A DNA stretch of 64,000 nt from positions 2,080,001 through 2,144,000 of the forward strand of contig OZ242311.1 in assembly GCA_965207885.1 (NCBI GenBank). The letters are read 5' to 3'. Positions 18,808-29,964 of this stretch are shown here, piece by piece (the stretch's first letter is position 1; each line of letters opens with the position of its first letter). The notes under the pieces were generated by a model, which ran no database searches, was not told the DNA's origin, and saw nothing but the letters and a program-made list of their open reading frames with translations. A program made the position numbers and the translations under genes. This DNA comes from Candidatus Latescibacterota bacterium (GTDB taxonomy: Bacteria > Latescibacterota > UBA2968).

Positions 18808-21800
18808 ATGCGTAAAATCGGCACAGGTATTCTCTGGATAATCACGATTTTGATGTTGTCTTCGGTGACCATTTTTAATCCGGGACAGGTGACGGATTTT
18901 TTTGTCACGCTTTTTAATATTAAACCGAGTATTCCCGAACTCAAACCCATTGAAATTTCAGAACGCGATCGAGAAATTCGGTCCATTGCCGAGTCCATTA
19001 CACAAGAAGATGTAAGCCAAATTATTACCGACCTGTCGGGGATGGGATCTCGGGTGCCTGGCTATGCGGGGCATAGGCAGGCTTTTGAATATGTCAAACA
19101 GCATTTTGAGCAATTTGGTCTCGAAGATATCAAGGTCGAAGAGCACACGGTAACGGTTCCCGTTGACAAAGGTGCTTCACTCACTTTGACGGATACCGGC
19201 GAAGAAATTGCGATCTACGGTTTTTGGCCCAACCATGTACAAACGCCCTCTGTGCCCAGCGCTGGGATTTCGGGGGCGCTTATTTACGGGGGCAAGGGAT
19301 CGTTTTCAGAACTGAATGGCAAAAAGGTCGAAGGCAGCGTTGTCCTGATGGACTTCGATTGTGATCAGGGCTATTTAAGCCCTCGTATGCTGGGGGCACA
19401 GGCTATTTTATTTTACGACAATGGGCGGGTTACACAGGGACAGGCTATGGATAAGTTTTTGCCCGTGCCCGTTGATGTGCCCCGGTTCTGGGTCAAGAAA
19501 GACGATGCTTTGCGTTTGCTCGAATTGGCCCAAATGCAATCTCCCGAAGTGCGTTTAACGTCGAAGATGGATTGGGAAGAGGTGCCGACCTGGAATATTT
19601 TTGCAACCGTTCCCGGATCCGAAGACTATATCACTGAGCGCGAAGAGCGCAAATGGAAAGATCAGCAGATTGTGCTGAGTGCTTTTTACGATGCCATTTC
19701 CGTTGTGCCCGCTCTCGCGCCGGGTGCTGAAAATGCGTCGGGGTTGGCTGCACTTTTACACACTGCCCGCGTTTTGAAACAGAATCCGCCCAAATATTCG
19801 GTGACCTTTTTAGCAACTGGTTCTCATTTTCAAGGCCTATCGGGTATCAATGATTTTGTGTATCGCCACTCGCGCGAGAGCGATCATTTCCGCGATAAAA
19901 TTCCCGATAGTTTATCGGTTGCCGGTGCTTATCTCGATGGCGAACTGATTCCGCGCGACAGCGAAGATTTTGAAGAGCTCATTCCCGGTAGCTACAAAAT
20001 TGATTTTCGGTTATTTATCGGGTTGGACCTGTCGAGTGAATCCGATCAGTTGGCGAGCTTTTCACACGGCACCTTTAATAACCCAAATTGGCAGACAGAC
20101 AATTATCTGAATAATCTGCTGGCGCCTTATGCGGACAAATTCGATAAATATATGGCCAAAGTCTTTCCGGGCGAAGAAGTGCGCCATGTCGATGCGATTG
20201 CACCGCCAAAACGCACCTGGAAGAATTTTATGCCCATTCGCCTGGGATTCGACAGCGAGGCCGTCACATTTGTTGGCAAAGAAGGCATTACACTGGCGAC
20301 GCCATCAACCGTGCGGCGGTTTGTCGATACACCTGTCGATCGCGTGGAGCATGTCAATATGGGCAATTTGACGCGTCAGGTCCAAACGGCGATCGCTGCC
20401 ATGATGAAAGCGGGCGAAGATCCCGAGTTTTTCAGGGTATCCAAACTCAAATTGCAAGATCGCGGACACAGTTTGAAAGGGCGCGTATTGTGGTTTGATC
20501 GCAATGTCGATTTTGCATTGCCTCGCGTGCCTGTCCCAGGAGGGGTTGCGACGTATCGACAGCCGGGCAATGTCCATAGCTGTGCGGGAGTGCGGACGCT
20601 GATTATAGACAAGACAACAGAAGGTCCCATTTACGATGTCAAATTGGCGAAAAATAGAACAGATGCAGATCTAAAATTGTATGGCGACCCGGACAAAGTT
20701 AAACAAACGGGAGAGTTTTTCTTCAATATTATGCGAAATCGGTTCACCAATCGCATTTTGGCTTATGATATTGATGAGGAAGGAACTATTACGTCGGCAC
20801 CCGACATGGGGTCTGAGGGCGATAAAAAATTCCCACTGACGCAGCGATATGGCTGGTGGGAAAATGAAATGATGACAGTTCTGTTTAAGAGTCGCTCCGT
20901 CAGTGTTTTTGAAATTATAGATTCGAGCTATTTGTCCGCGCTCGATTTTATGACGGTGCTCAACGAAAATGACACACAACCTCTGGAATTTGGTTATACG
21001 TATTTGCCGGGACAAAGCACCAAAGAGGGCGATGTGACGCGCGCTGCAGTGACGTTTGCGCGTGTGGATGAACACACGGGAGAAGCCGAGCGGTTGAAAG
21101 TTTTGATGAGCACGGGATTATTTGGCGTTAAGTATTTGCTGATCAATGCGCCCCAGAAGTTTTTGGACAATCCGGTTGATAAACGCGAGGTTAATCCCGA
21201 TCTTCTGGAAGAGGCCCGAGGTGAAGGGTATGAACCCGGCGTCATTTTCAGACCTTCGTATCAGGCCGCCAAAGATATGTGGGTGATTGACGATGTGCGG
21301 ATGAAACAATTGGCGCAATTTGGTATTGAAAACAATCGGCTCACCCTGTTGCACAACAGCGCGCGCGAAGCCCTGATTGAAGCGCGTCAGCACCTTGAAA
21401 ATCTGGATTACGAAGGGTTTATGAACGCATCCCGGCGGGCATGGGGGCTGGAGGCGCGGGGTTATCCCGAAGTGATGGCGACGGCCAATGATACTGTTCG
21501 GGGCATTATTTTTTATTTTATTTTATTGCTGCCGTTTTCATTTTTCTGCGAGCGTTTGTTGATTGGTGCGTCGAGTATTACCGCGAGGTTGAGTTGGTTT
21601 GCCGCATTTTTTATATTTTTCTTTATTGTTCTGCGCTTTGTCCATCCGGCTTTTCAGTTGAGCAATTCCCCCTATATTATTTTTCTCGCATTTGTGATTA
21701 TGGCTCTCGGAGGCGTGGCCATGGTCATTGTGGTGTCTAAGTTTGGCGATGAAGTTCGCAAAATGAAGCAGGCTTCTGCCGGGACTTATGAAGCCGATGT

Positions 21801-23655
21801 CGGGCGCATTAGCGCGACGTCGGCCGCGATTGTGCTGGGCATTTCAAATTTGAGAAAGCGCCCCATGCGCACGGGGTTGACGGCGATTACGTTGACCTTA
21901 TTGACTTTTACGACATTGTCTTTTACCTCGGTACAGACTTCGTTGAAGTTCTACAAATTGCCCCGCGATAACGAGCCGTCGTATCAGGGGGCACTCGTGC
22001 GCGACCGATCCTGGCGCGGGATGCAGGAATCCGTACTCAATTATCTCAATAGTGCCTTTGAAGGCCGCGCCGATATTGTGCCGCGATCGTGGTATTTGTC
22101 ACAGGTGCGTGGCGAGCGCGCTTATGTGAATTTTTCTCGCTTGACAGAGGCCACCGCCGATATGGGTCCAAAGGAGATTTACGTCGATTTCGATGTGGGC
22201 ATTACCACGGGAAAAGACAGTTTTGTCAATGCGCTGTTGGGTCTTACACCTGACGAACCCAAAATTACCGGAGTTGATCGCTATTTGATGAGCGGGCGGT
22301 GGTTTGAACCCGGAGAAGAGTTCGTTTGTCTGTTGCCAAATGATCTGGCCGAGCTTGTGGGTATTTTCCCGGAAGATGCCGGTACAGCCAAAATTGAAAT
22401 GCAGGGACAGGTTTTTACGGTGATTGGCATTCTCGATTCTGAAATGTTTAACAAGTTCAAAGATCTGGACGATGAAAAATTGACCCCTGTTGATACGGTT
22501 AAAGAAAAAGACGATTTGGCAGATGCACAAGATCAGGACCCGCGGGTTGTTGCGGCTGCGCCTATTGAGACCTTTACCCACCTGGAATCGACCAATGTGC
22601 TCGTCGTGCCCTATGAGTATATTCGGGATATCGGGGGCGTGTTGGCTTCGGTGGCGATTGCGAATTTCAGGGATGAGAGCGGGCAGCCCAAGTTGAATTT
22701 TGTCCCCGATATTGAAGAGTTTATGGCACGCGTGTCTTTGACGATGTTTGTGGGCAAGGATGATGGTGTAACCGTCTATAGTTCGATTGGTTCAACGTCG
22801 CTTTCTGGATTGGGCAATTTGTTTATTCCGATCTTGATTGCGGCGCTTATTGTGCTCAATACTATGATGGGTGCTGTGTATGAGCGTTTTCGAGAGATCA
22901 GTATTTATTCTTCGGTGGGATTGGCTCCCAATCATATTGCGGCACTTTTCCTCGCGGAGGCTGGCGTATTTGCCACACTCGGTGCGGTTATGGGATATTT
23001 AATTGGACAAGTGCTTGTGCTCATACTTTACAATGAGGGATTGTTGGGGGGCCTGGAATTGAATTATTCGTCGCTGTCCGCAATTTCCGCCACGTTGATT
23101 GTGATGGCAACGGTATTTCTTTCGGCGCTTTATCCAGCCAAAAAAGCCGCTGATATGGCCGTGCCCGATGTGACCCGAAAATGGGAATTTCCCGATCCGG
23201 ATGGCGATCGGTGGGTATTTGATTTTCCCTTTACAGTGGGCGGTGCCGAGGTATTGGGCATGTACTCTTATTTGACCCGGGTTTTTGAATCTTATGGCGA
23301 GGGGTCGGTGGGTGATTTTGTAGCAGATCACGTGAAGTTCTGGTCTGAGGATCACGAGGGAGAACCGCAATACAATATTGACCTGACGGCGTGGTTGGCG
23401 CCTTATGACCTGGGAATTAGCCAGGAAGTGCAGTTGAAAGCCATTCCAACGGGTGAGCACAATATTTATAAAATTGAAGTGGTGATCAATCGCTTGAGTG
23501 GGGATGTGGCGTCCTGGAAACGGATCAATCGCGGATTTTTGAATGTGTTGAGAAAGCGGTTCCTGGTCTGGCGCACAATTCCGGGCGACATGAAGTTCAA
23601 TTATGCAGAAGACGGACGCCGGGTTTTGTCTGGCGAGGTCGCGGCAATAGCATAA
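18808..23655 (+). CDS. Giant membrane protein: M28 peptidase-like (+PA) domain fused to MacB/FtsX-type permease
   Basis: GSRVPG, SAFYD and PGAENASG (M28-like); ISNLRKRPMRTGLT (MacB TM1); NTMMGAVYERFREISIYSSVGL (FtsX). AGGAG RBS before 18808. Confidence 0.85.
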   Translation: MRKIGTGILWIITILMLSSVTIFNPGQVTDFFVTLFNIKPSIPELKPIEISERDREIRSIAESITQEDVSQIITDLSGMGSRVPGYAGHRQAFEYVKQHFEQFGLEDIKVEEHTVTVPVDKGASLTLTDTGEEIAIYGFWPNHVQTPSVPSAGISGALIYGGKGSFSELNGKKVEGSVVLMDFDCDQGYLSPRMLGAQAILFYDNGRVTQGQAMDKFLPVPVDVPRFWVKKDDALRLLELAQMQSPEVRLTSKMDWEEVPTWNIFATVPGSEDYITEREERKWKDQQIVLSAFYDAISVVPALAPGAENASGLAALLHTARVLKQNPPKYSVTFLATGSHFQGLSGINDFVYRHSRESDHFRDKIPDSLSVAGAYLDGELIPRDSEDFEELIPGSYKIDFRLFIGLDLSSESDQLASFSHGTFNNPNWQTDNYLNNLLAPYADKFDKYMAKVFPGEEVRHVDAIAPPKRTWKNFMPIRLGFDSEAVTFVGKEGITLATPSTVRRFVDTPVDRVEHVNMGNLTRQVQTAIAAMMKAGEDPEFFRVSKLKLQDRGHSLKGRVLWFDRNVDFALPRVPVPGGVATYRQPGNVHSCAGVRTLIIDKTTEGPIYDVKLAKNRTDADLKLYGDPDKVKQTGEFFFNIMRNRFTNRILAYDIDEEGTITSAPDMGSEGDKKFPLTQRYGWWENEMMTVLFKSRSVSVFEIIDSSYLSALDFMTVLNENDTQPLEFGYTYLPGQSTKEGDVTRAAVTFARVDEHTGEAERLKVLMSTGLFGVKYLLINAPQKFLDNPVDKREVNPDLLEEARGEGYEPGVIFRPSYQAAKDMWVIDDVRMKQLAQFGIENNRLTLLHNSAREALIEARQHLENLDYEGFMNASRRAWGLEARGYPEVMATANDTVRGIIFYFILLLPFSFFCERLLIGASSITARLSWFAAFFIFFFIVLRFVHPAFQLSNSPYIIFLAFVIMALGGVAMVIVVSKFGDEVRKMKQASAGTYEADVGRISATSAAIVLGISNLRKRPMRTGLTAITLTLLTFTTLSFTSVQTSLKFYKLPRDNEPSYQGALVRDRSWRGMQESVLNYLNSAFEGRADIVPRSWYLSQVRGERAYVNFSRLTEATADMGPKEIYVDFDVGITTGKDSFVNALLGLTPDEPKITGVDRYLMSGRWFEPGEEFVCLLPNDLAELVGIFPEDAGTAKIEMQGQVFTVIGILDSEMFNKFKDLDDEKLTPVDTVKEKDDLADAQDQDPRVVAAAPIETFTHLESTNVLVVPYEYIRDIGGVLASVAIANFRDESGQPKLNFVPDIEEFMARVSLTMFVGKDDGVTVYSSIGSTSLSGLGNLFIPILIAALIVLNTMMGAVYERFREISIYSSVGLAPNHIAALFLAEAGVFATLGAVMGYLIGQVLVLILYNEGLLGGLELNYSSLSAISATLIVMATVFLSALYPAKKAADMAVPDVTRKWEFPDPDGDRWVFDFPFTVGGAEVLGMYSYLTRVFESYGEGSVGDFVADHVKFWSEDHEGEPQYNIDLTAWLAPYDLGISQEVQLKAIPTGEHNIYKIEVVINRLSGDVASWKRINRGFLNVLRKRFLVWRTIPGDMKFNYAEDGRRVLSGEVAAIA

Positions 23656-23692
23656 TGTGTAGATTTTGTGAATTTCCTTCTGGGAGGCAATT

Positions 23693-25750
23693 TTGGCAAC
23701 CGACGAACCAAGAGATACAGAAGAAACAAAAGAGGATCTGACGGAATACGAACAGATTATGCCAGAGGACGCGCCTTTTGAAGATGGCTTTGGCTGGAAG
23801 ACGATATGGGCGACGGCGTTCGTTGGGATTGTCATGTTGCCGGGGGCGATTTATCTGGGCCTGGTGACAGGGCAGAGCATGGCTGGCGCATCTGAGTGGG
23901 TGACGATTATTCTCTTTTTAGAGATTGCCAAGCGCTCTTTTGTTCGGCTCAAGACACAGGAAATTTTGATTATCTATTGGGTCGCCGCAGGGCTGTTGGG
24001 CATTGGGGTAAAACTCGGCTCTGGCGCGCACCTGTACGGTGGACCTTTTGGGGGGTTGATCTGGGATCAGTATTTGATTCAGTCACCTGCGGCAAAGGGT
24101 CTGGATAGTTATATTCCAAATTGGGTGGCACCGTCTTTGGATTCGCCGGTTTATGCCGAGCGCACATTTGTGCATCCCGACTGGATTTTGCCGGTGTTGA
24201 TTCTGTTTCTGGCCATGATTATCAATCAGACTGCGCGGCTGTCCTTTGGGTATGTGATGTTTCGCATTACCAGCGATATCGAGCAATTGCCTTTTCCGCT
24301 GGAGCCTGTCCACGCGAGAGGTGTTACAGCACTGGCTGAAACATCGGCCAAAGCCGAGGGTTGGCGGTGGCGCGTGTTCAGCACGGGAACGTGTATTGGT
24401 CTGGTGTGGGGATTGCTCTATGTGGTTGTGCCCACGTTGTCGGGTATTTTTCTGACAGAGACCGTTCAGGTTTTGCCCATTCCATTTATCGATTTTACAG
24501 CCGAGGTAAAGACCATATTGCCCGCTGCTGTGTTTGGCATAGGAACGGATTTGGGGCATTTATTGATCGGTTTTGTCCTTCCGTTTTACGTGGTGGTGGG
24601 ATCGTTTATCGGTGCTGTGCTCGCCAATCTGGTGATTAATCCAGTGCTTTATCTTCACACAGACGTTTTAAGCCGATGGGCACCGGGTATGACGGCGATC
24701 CCCGCGAGTATTTCCAATCGTTTTGACTTCTGGTTGAGCTTTGGGATCGGCACTTCGTTTGTTATTGCGGCCACTGGTTTTTATATGGTGGGTAAAACCC
24801 TGTTGGAACAGCGCAAATTGCAACAGGAAACAGGGCACCACTCGGTGAAAATTAGTATGGAGGATTTGCCCGAGGGGCGAGGGGATATACCGATGAAGTG
24901 GCCTCTCGTGTTGTGGGTCATGGCTTCTTTTGCCGCCATTGGGCTGTGCCAGTGGCTCGTGCCAGAGTTTCAATGGTACTGGCTGGTTTTCTTTGCGTTT
25001 ATTTATACGCCTGTTTCGTCTTATATCGGTGCCCGGATGATTGGTCTTACGGGCAGTCCCTATGGGGCGAGCATTCCCTATATTCGGGAAGCGGCCATTT
25101 TTCTGTCGGGGTATAAGGGGGTGGCGGTTTGGTTTGCTCCCATTCCTCTGCACGACCACGGGCTGGCCGTGCGGCAGTTTAAGCAATTGGAATTGACCAA
25201 AACGAAGATCGGCAGTTATATCAAAATGGTTGTAATTACGACTTTTGTGATTTTCATCTGTAGCTTTATGTTCTATGAGTTTATCTGGCGGCTGGGTCCC
25301 ATTCCATCTGCGACATATCCCTATGTGCAGTTGTTCTGGCCGTTTGAAGCTACGATGCAAACTATGTGGCTCAAATCGACTTTGCCACCTGGAGAAGTAC
25401 AGGGTGCTGCGGGTCTGGAACTCCTGGCAGACATTATCAAGCCAGAATATATAGGTGCTGGTTTCGTTACAGGGGGGCTTCTCTATCTGGTACTGGTCGC
25501 CGCCAAGGTCCCCGTGCTGGCATTTTTCGGTTTTGTGAATGGCCTGGCGCAATGGCCGCACTTTGTCATTTTGAATTTTGCCGGGGCCATGCTGGGGCGA
25601 TACCATTTTGCCAAGCGGTTTGGCGAGTCCAAATGGAACGCTTACGCGCCTATTTTATTGGCGGGTTATTCCTGTGGTATGGGGCTTATTGGTATGACCT
25701 CAATTGCTGTGGCTTTGATATCCAAAGCCGTGTCTCAAGTGGTTTTCTAA
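23693..25750 (+). CDS. OPT/YSL-like polytopic 'peptide transporter'
   Basis: 685 aa with about 15 hydrophobic segments, acidic N-terminus, FEDGFGWKTIW...PGAIYLGLVTG start. GGAGG RBS before the TTG start. Confidence 0.7.
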   Translation: MATDEPRDTEETKEDLTEYEQIMPEDAPFEDGFGWKTIWATAFVGIVMLPGAIYLGLVTGQSMAGASEWVTIILFLEIAKRSFVRLKTQEILIIYWVAAGLLGIGVKLGSGAHLYGGPFGGLIWDQYLIQSPAAKGLDSYIPNWVAPSLDSPVYAERTFVHPDWILPVLILFLAMIINQTARLSFGYVMFRITSDIEQLPFPLEPVHARGVTALAETSAKAEGWRWRVFSTGTCIGLVWGLLYVVVPTLSGIFLTETVQVLPIPFIDFTAEVKTILPAAVFGIGTDLGHLLIGFVLPFYVVVGSFIGAVLANLVINPVLYLHTDVLSRWAPGMTAIPASISNRFDFWLSFGIGTSFVIAATGFYMVGKTLLEQRKLQQETGHHSVKISMEDLPEGRGDIPMKWPLVLWVMASFAAIGLCQWLVPEFQWYWLVFFAFIYTPVSSYIGARMIGLTGSPYGASIPYIREAAIFLSGYKGVAVWFAPIPLHDHGLAVRQFKQLELTKTKIGSYIKMVVITTFVIFICSFMFYEFIWRLGPIPSATYPYVQLFWPFEATMQTMWLKSTLPPGEVQGAAGLELLADIIKPEYIGAGFVTGGLLYLVLVAAKVPVLAFFGFVNGLAQWPHFVILNFAGAMLGRYHFAKRFGESKWNAYAPILLAGYSCGMGLIGMTSIAVALISKAVSQVVF

Positions 25751-25856
25751 GATAAAATGATGGATGGAACTTTTATCCGGGCATGTGTCGTCTAATTTGT
25801 TGCGATACATGCCCGGTTTTATAGGCATTTTATTAACTTTTTCAAAGGAGCAGATT

Positions 25857-26366
25857 ATGCAGAGGTTTCGACTCTTCGGTTTTTTGGCAGTGGCGATGCT
25901 TCTGGCCGCGTCCTGCGATGTGTGGGCACAGCCTCAAAGAGGCGGTCAAGGGCAGGGGCAGCGCGGTCAAGGGCAACGCGGCGGCGTTCAGGTGCAGCGT
26001 TTTTTGCCGGTTGAACAGGCGCTAACCTATCTGGCGTTTAACGAGAATGTCGCCCTGAGCGATGAGCAACTCGTCAAGGTACGCGCGTCACTTAAGGGGA
26101 TTTACGCAAAAAGGCAGGAGTTGCAAAGAAGCCTGCGCGGTAGCAATGATCAGCAGGCGGCCATGCAGAAAGTGCGCGCACTGCGAATGGAAATGATGCA
26201 GGGCCTGACAGCCATTCTCAATGAGAACCAGACAAAGGTATTTCAAGAACAGATGCAGCGGATGGGACAGCGCGGTCAACGCGGGCAGCGCGGCGGGCAA
26301 GGTGGTCGCGGCGGGCAAGGTGGTCGCGGTGGCGGTGGTGGTGGCGGTGGTGGCGGTGGAGAATAA
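25857..26366 (+). CDS. Exported helical protein (Spy/CpxP-like core) with Gly/Gln/Arg-rich tails
   Basis: Signal peptide; LSDEQ...ILNENQ helical motifs; GQRG repeats and a poly-G tail. AAGGAG RBS. Confidence 0.7.
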   Translation: MQRFRLFGFLAVAMLLAASCDVWAQPQRGGQGQGQRGQGQRGGVQVQRFLPVEQALTYLAFNENVALSDEQLVKVRASLKGIYAKRQELQRSLRGSNDQQAAMQKVRALRMEMMQGLTAILNENQTKVFQEQMQRMGQRGQRGQRGGQGGRGGQGGRGGGGGGGGGGGE

Positions 26367-26404
26367 AGCAGAGGTCTCTCTGCCTGTTCCGTGTTGGTGA
26401 TGTC

Positions 26405-26444
26405 AAAACGCGGGTTTCTTTGAAGAAACCCGCGTTTGTTTTTT
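26405..26444 (+). terminator. Intrinsic terminator
   Basis: AAACGCGGGTTTCTT-TG-AAGAAACCCGCGTTT perfect hairpin plus T-tract. Confidence 0.85.
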
Positions 26445-26507
26445 GGGTGCGCTTGTTTATCACAAAAAAATGGGTTACATTATCTGACATTGCAATGGGA
26501 GGGTTCT

Positions 26508-27863
26508 GTGATACCTGAGTTTTTCAAACATCTCAAGCGGCCTTTTTCATTTGCTGTTGTGAGTGATACGCATTTTGTGACGCGAGATTTTATCGGGCAA
26601 GCGTTTGACGCGACAAGACCTCTCAACACTGAGGGGTATGTGGAAAATGTGACCTATTCGCTCGCGCCAATGATGGATGCACTGCGCGGTCTCAAACCGG
26701 ATTTTATAGTTTTGACCGGTGATGTGGCCGAACCTCCGCTGGATCCAGAACACCACCGCGAGAATCTCAAGGCTGCACTGGATTTTTTTGCCACATGCGA
26801 TATCCCCCTGATTGTCGCTCGCGGAAATCACGATGGCACTTCGTCTTTTGATGAGGTTGTGGGGCCGCGTGTAGCACAGTTTTTAGGTGAGATGCCCAAA
26901 GCGCATTATTTTTCATTTGAGGTGGATGGTTGCCAGTTTATTGTTCTGGATACGCCGTTTTGGAATACTGAGCAATGTCAGTGGCTCGATGCCGTGTTGG
27001 CAGAAAATGCTTATGCACCGTCGTTTTTGCTGGGACATCATCCTATATGGCCAGTAGCACGTGCTTTTTTTTACAACCGCGATTTTCAGATGGATATGGT
27101 CAATCTTTTGTCTCGGCACGCGATTGATGCCTATTTTTGTGGGCATTCACACAATCAAAGCATTGTGTTGCACCGTACGCCCTATTTGCCGGTGTTGCAG
27201 TGTATGGGTGCTCTGGTCGGATTGTCTGATGCGCCGCCACTTCCGCTCCACCACGTTCAAGCCCTTTTGCCCACGCCCGATGATCTCATGGCCATTTGGC
27301 CCGGATATATTGAAAATACGGCTCCAGGATGGTTTATGGGATATGTTTCACAGGGCCAGGCGCGTGTGGAATGGCATCATATTAACCGCGGAGCCGAGGC
27401 CATGGTGCGTTGGTTTCGTCCTGGTGATATTCAGACTTTTTGGACGATGGCTCCTGCGCCCCCAGCCCAACTTATTGAAGCAAATTTACAGCGTATTCGC
27501 CAGGGGATTCTCCGTTTCTGTGCCTGGGATAGTATGGGAGATGCGCGCGTATTTCTCAATGGGAATGAAATTGGCCTTTTGCCGCGTGCAGATAATTTTA
27601 CGCCCAGTCGCCTCTCTTTACCTCCCAACGCGCTCGCTTATTTGCAGATGGAAAATAAGGTGCGTATTGAACCAGCTGAGGGAAGTGAGATGACTCTTGG
27701 CAATCTGGTTCTCGAAGTGGTATTGCCCGGTGGTCGTTATGTGCGATCGCAGGTTTTTGAAGAGATTTATACGTGGTCTAACCGGTGGGAAGGGTATGAA
27801 TACGAAACGTTGCAAAAGATGAAACCGGGACGACCGTTATCTACAGTGTTGTCTTTCAGGTGA
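26508..27863 (+). CDS. Calcineurin-like metallophosphoesterase with C-terminal beta domain
   Basis: SDTH, TGD, GNHD, GHHP and CGHSH motifs. Confidence 0.85.
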   Translation: MIPEFFKHLKRPFSFAVVSDTHFVTRDFIGQAFDATRPLNTEGYVENVTYSLAPMMDALRGLKPDFIVLTGDVAEPPLDPEHHRENLKAALDFFATCDIPLIVARGNHDGTSSFDEVVGPRVAQFLGEMPKAHYFSFEVDGCQFIVLDTPFWNTEQCQWLDAVLAENAYAPSFLLGHHPIWPVARAFFYNRDFQMDMVNLLSRHAIDAYFCGHSHNQSIVLHRTPYLPVLQCMGALVGLSDAPPLPLHHVQALLPTPDDLMAIWPGYIENTAPGWFMGYVSQGQARVEWHHINRGAEAMVRWFRPGDIQTFWTMAPAPPAQLIEANLQRIRQGILRFCAWDSMGDARVFLNGNEIGLLPRADNFTPSRLSLPPNALAYLQMENKVRIEPAEGSEMTLGNLVLEVVLPGGRYVRSQVFEEIYTWSNRWEGYEYETLQKMKPGRPLSTVLSFR

Positions 27864-27870
27864 GGATGTG

Positions 27871-29910
27871 ATGGACGATAGAAGAGATACCAACCGATTG
27901 GTCCACGAGACCAGCCCGTATTTATTGCAGCATGCACACAATCCCGTTGCGTGGTTTCCGTGGGGAGAAGAGGCATTTGAAAAGGCTACTGCCGAAGACA
28001 AGCCCATTTTTTTGAGCGTGGGATATGCGGCCTGTCACTGGTGCCATGTGATGGAGCACGAGTGTTTTGAAAATGAGGAAATCGCGCAGATTATGAACGC
28101 GCATTTTGTCAATGTGAAGGTCGATCGGGAAGAACGCCCCGATGTCGATGAAATTTATATGAATGCAGTACAGGTTATGACCGGTTCAGGTGGATGGCCT
28201 ATGAGTGTGTTTTTGACGCCGCAGGGTGTTCCGTTTTTCGGCGGCACGTATTTCCCGCCTGAGAGCAGGCACAACATACCGGGCTTTCCCCAGGTTCTGG
28301 AATCCGTTGCCAGGCATTATCGGGAAAAAGGTGATAATGTCGCAGATGTGGCGAATCGATTGCACGAGCACTTGCGAGCGATGGCGCGTATTGATGCGTT
28401 GGCAGATGACCTGACTGAGACGGATTTTGACGGTGCATTTCAAAAGATCAGATCGAATTTTGATTTTCAAAATGGCGGGTTTGGAACACAGCCTAAGTTC
28501 CCAAATTCGATGAATCTCGATGTGTTTTTGCGGACCTATTTGCGTACGGGGAACGAAGAGGCACTTGCGATGGTGACATTGACGCTCGAAAAAATGGCGC
28601 GCGGGGGCATTTACGATCAGCTCGGCGGGGGATTTCACCGCTATTCTGTGGATCGCTACTGGCTTGTACCCCATTTTGAGAAGATGCTATATGACAATGC
28701 GCTGCTCGCACAGCTTTATACGCAGACTTATCAGGTGACTGAGCAACCGCTTTTTGCGCGCATTGCCAGGTCAATTCTGGATTATACGCGCCGAGAGATG
28801 ACCGCGCCAGAGGGCGGTTTTTATTCTACGCAAGATGCCGATAGCGAGGGGGAAGAGGGCAAGTTTTTTGTGTGGTCGCCGCAGGAGGTGGTGGATTTAT
28901 TGGGCGAAGAAGAAGGGGCGGTATTTTGTCGGTATTTCGATGTGACGGCGCGAGGTAATTTCGAGGGGAAAAATATTCTGAATGTCCCGCATGTTTATGA
29001 GGTTGATAAAGACGCAATGGCACGCGGATGTGCGATTCTGTTTGAGGCGCGAGAAGAGCGTATAAAACCCGGGCGCGATGAAAAAATTCAGGTGAGTTGG
29101 AATGGGATGATGATTTCGGCCTTTGCCCAGGCGTATCGGGCATTTGGCGATTCCGTTTATCTGGATAGTGCGTCAGATGCGGCTAAATTTATCCTGGAGA
29201 ATATGTGTACGGATCGCGGGCTTTTGTTGCATACCTGTAAAGATGGACAGGCGCGTTTCAATGCCTATCAGGATGATTATGCCTGTTTGATCGTCGGGTT
29301 AGTCGATCTGTACGAGGCCAGTTTTGAGCCTTCTTATCTCATTGCTGCCCGCGATTTTATGGAGGTGATGATCGATCAGTTCTGGGATGATGAAGATGGC
29401 GGGTTTTTCTATACGGGAAAAGATCACGAGGAACTGATTGTGCGGTCAAAAAATCCCTTTGACAATGCCACGCCCTCTGGTAATTCGATGGGGGCGCTGG
29501 CATTGCTGCGATTGGGAGCGCTGCTGGAGCGCGAAGATTGGCGGGATATGGCCGCCCGTCTTTTGCATCTTTTTGGCAGGCATATTCGGGAGGTGCCTTC
29601 GGGCTTTGGGAATATGATTTGTGCCCTGGATCTCTATTTGCAAGGGGTAGTTGAAGTCGTTGTTTTGGGTGATCGAGACAGCGAAGATACGATTGCCCTG
29701 CTCGATGTGGTGAATAAAACATGGCGATCCAATATCGTTTTGTGCGGGGGAAGTGATCCCGTGTCCGACGCTATTCCGCTTTTGAAAAATCGCGGCATGA
29801 TCGACGGATGCGCCACGGCTTATGTCTGTCGCAATTTTGTCTGCTCTGAACCCGTTACAGATGCCGAGGCACTGGAAAAATTACTGGATGAAGTTGGTTC
29901 GGGATACTAA
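27871..29910 (+). CDS. Thioredoxin-domain protein YyaL/SSP411 (DUF255 + alpha/alpha barrel)
   Basis: [28 protein letters not shown] and [11 protein letters not shown] motifs. Confidence 0.93.
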   Translation: MDDRRDTNRLVHETSPYLLQHAHNPVAWFPWGEEAFEKATAEDKPIFLSVGYAACHWCHVMEHECFENEEIAQIMNAHFVNVKVDREERPDVDEIYMNAVQVMTGSGGWPMSVFLTPQGVPFFGGTYFPPESRHNIPGFPQVLESVARHYREKGDNVADVANRLHEHLRAMARIDALADDLTETDFDGAFQKIRSNFDFQNGGFGTQPKFPNSMNLDVFLRTYLRTGNEEALAMVTLTLEKMARGGIYDQLGGGFHRYSVDRYWLVPHFEKMLYDNALLAQLYTQTYQVTEQPLFARIARSILDYTRREMTAPEGGFYSTQDADSEGEEGKFFVWSPQEVVDLLGEEEGAVFCRYFDVTARGNFEGKNILNVPHVYEVDKDAMARGCAILFEAREERIKPGRDEKIQVSWNGMMISAFAQAYRAFGDSVYLDSASDAAKFILENMCTDRGLLLHTCKDGQARFNAYQDDYACLIVGLVDLYEASFEPSYLIAARDFMEVMIDQFWDDEDGGFFYTGKDHEELIVRSKNPFDNATPSGNSMGALALLRLGALLEREDWRDMAARLLHLFGRHIREVPSGFGNMICALDLYLQGVVEVVVLGDRDSEDTIALLDVVNKTWRSNIVLCGGSDPVSDAIPLLKNRGMIDGCATAYVCRNFVCSEPVTDAEALEKLLDEVGSGY

Positions 29911-29964
29911 TTTGACAGAGGCGTCAACAATCTAACAGCTAAATTCCAAATGAAAGGATAGGTT

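Noticed and set aside
22999-25606. Long minus-strand ORFs (278 aa and 312 aa)
   Set aside because: Antisense to well-supported membrane-protein genes; no recognisable domains.
26270-26362. GC-rich tandem repeats (GGCGGGCAAGGTGGTCGC, GGTGGC) as collagen or a VNTR system
   Set aside because: They simply encode a low-complexity Gly-rich tail of an exported protein and are too short for collagen.
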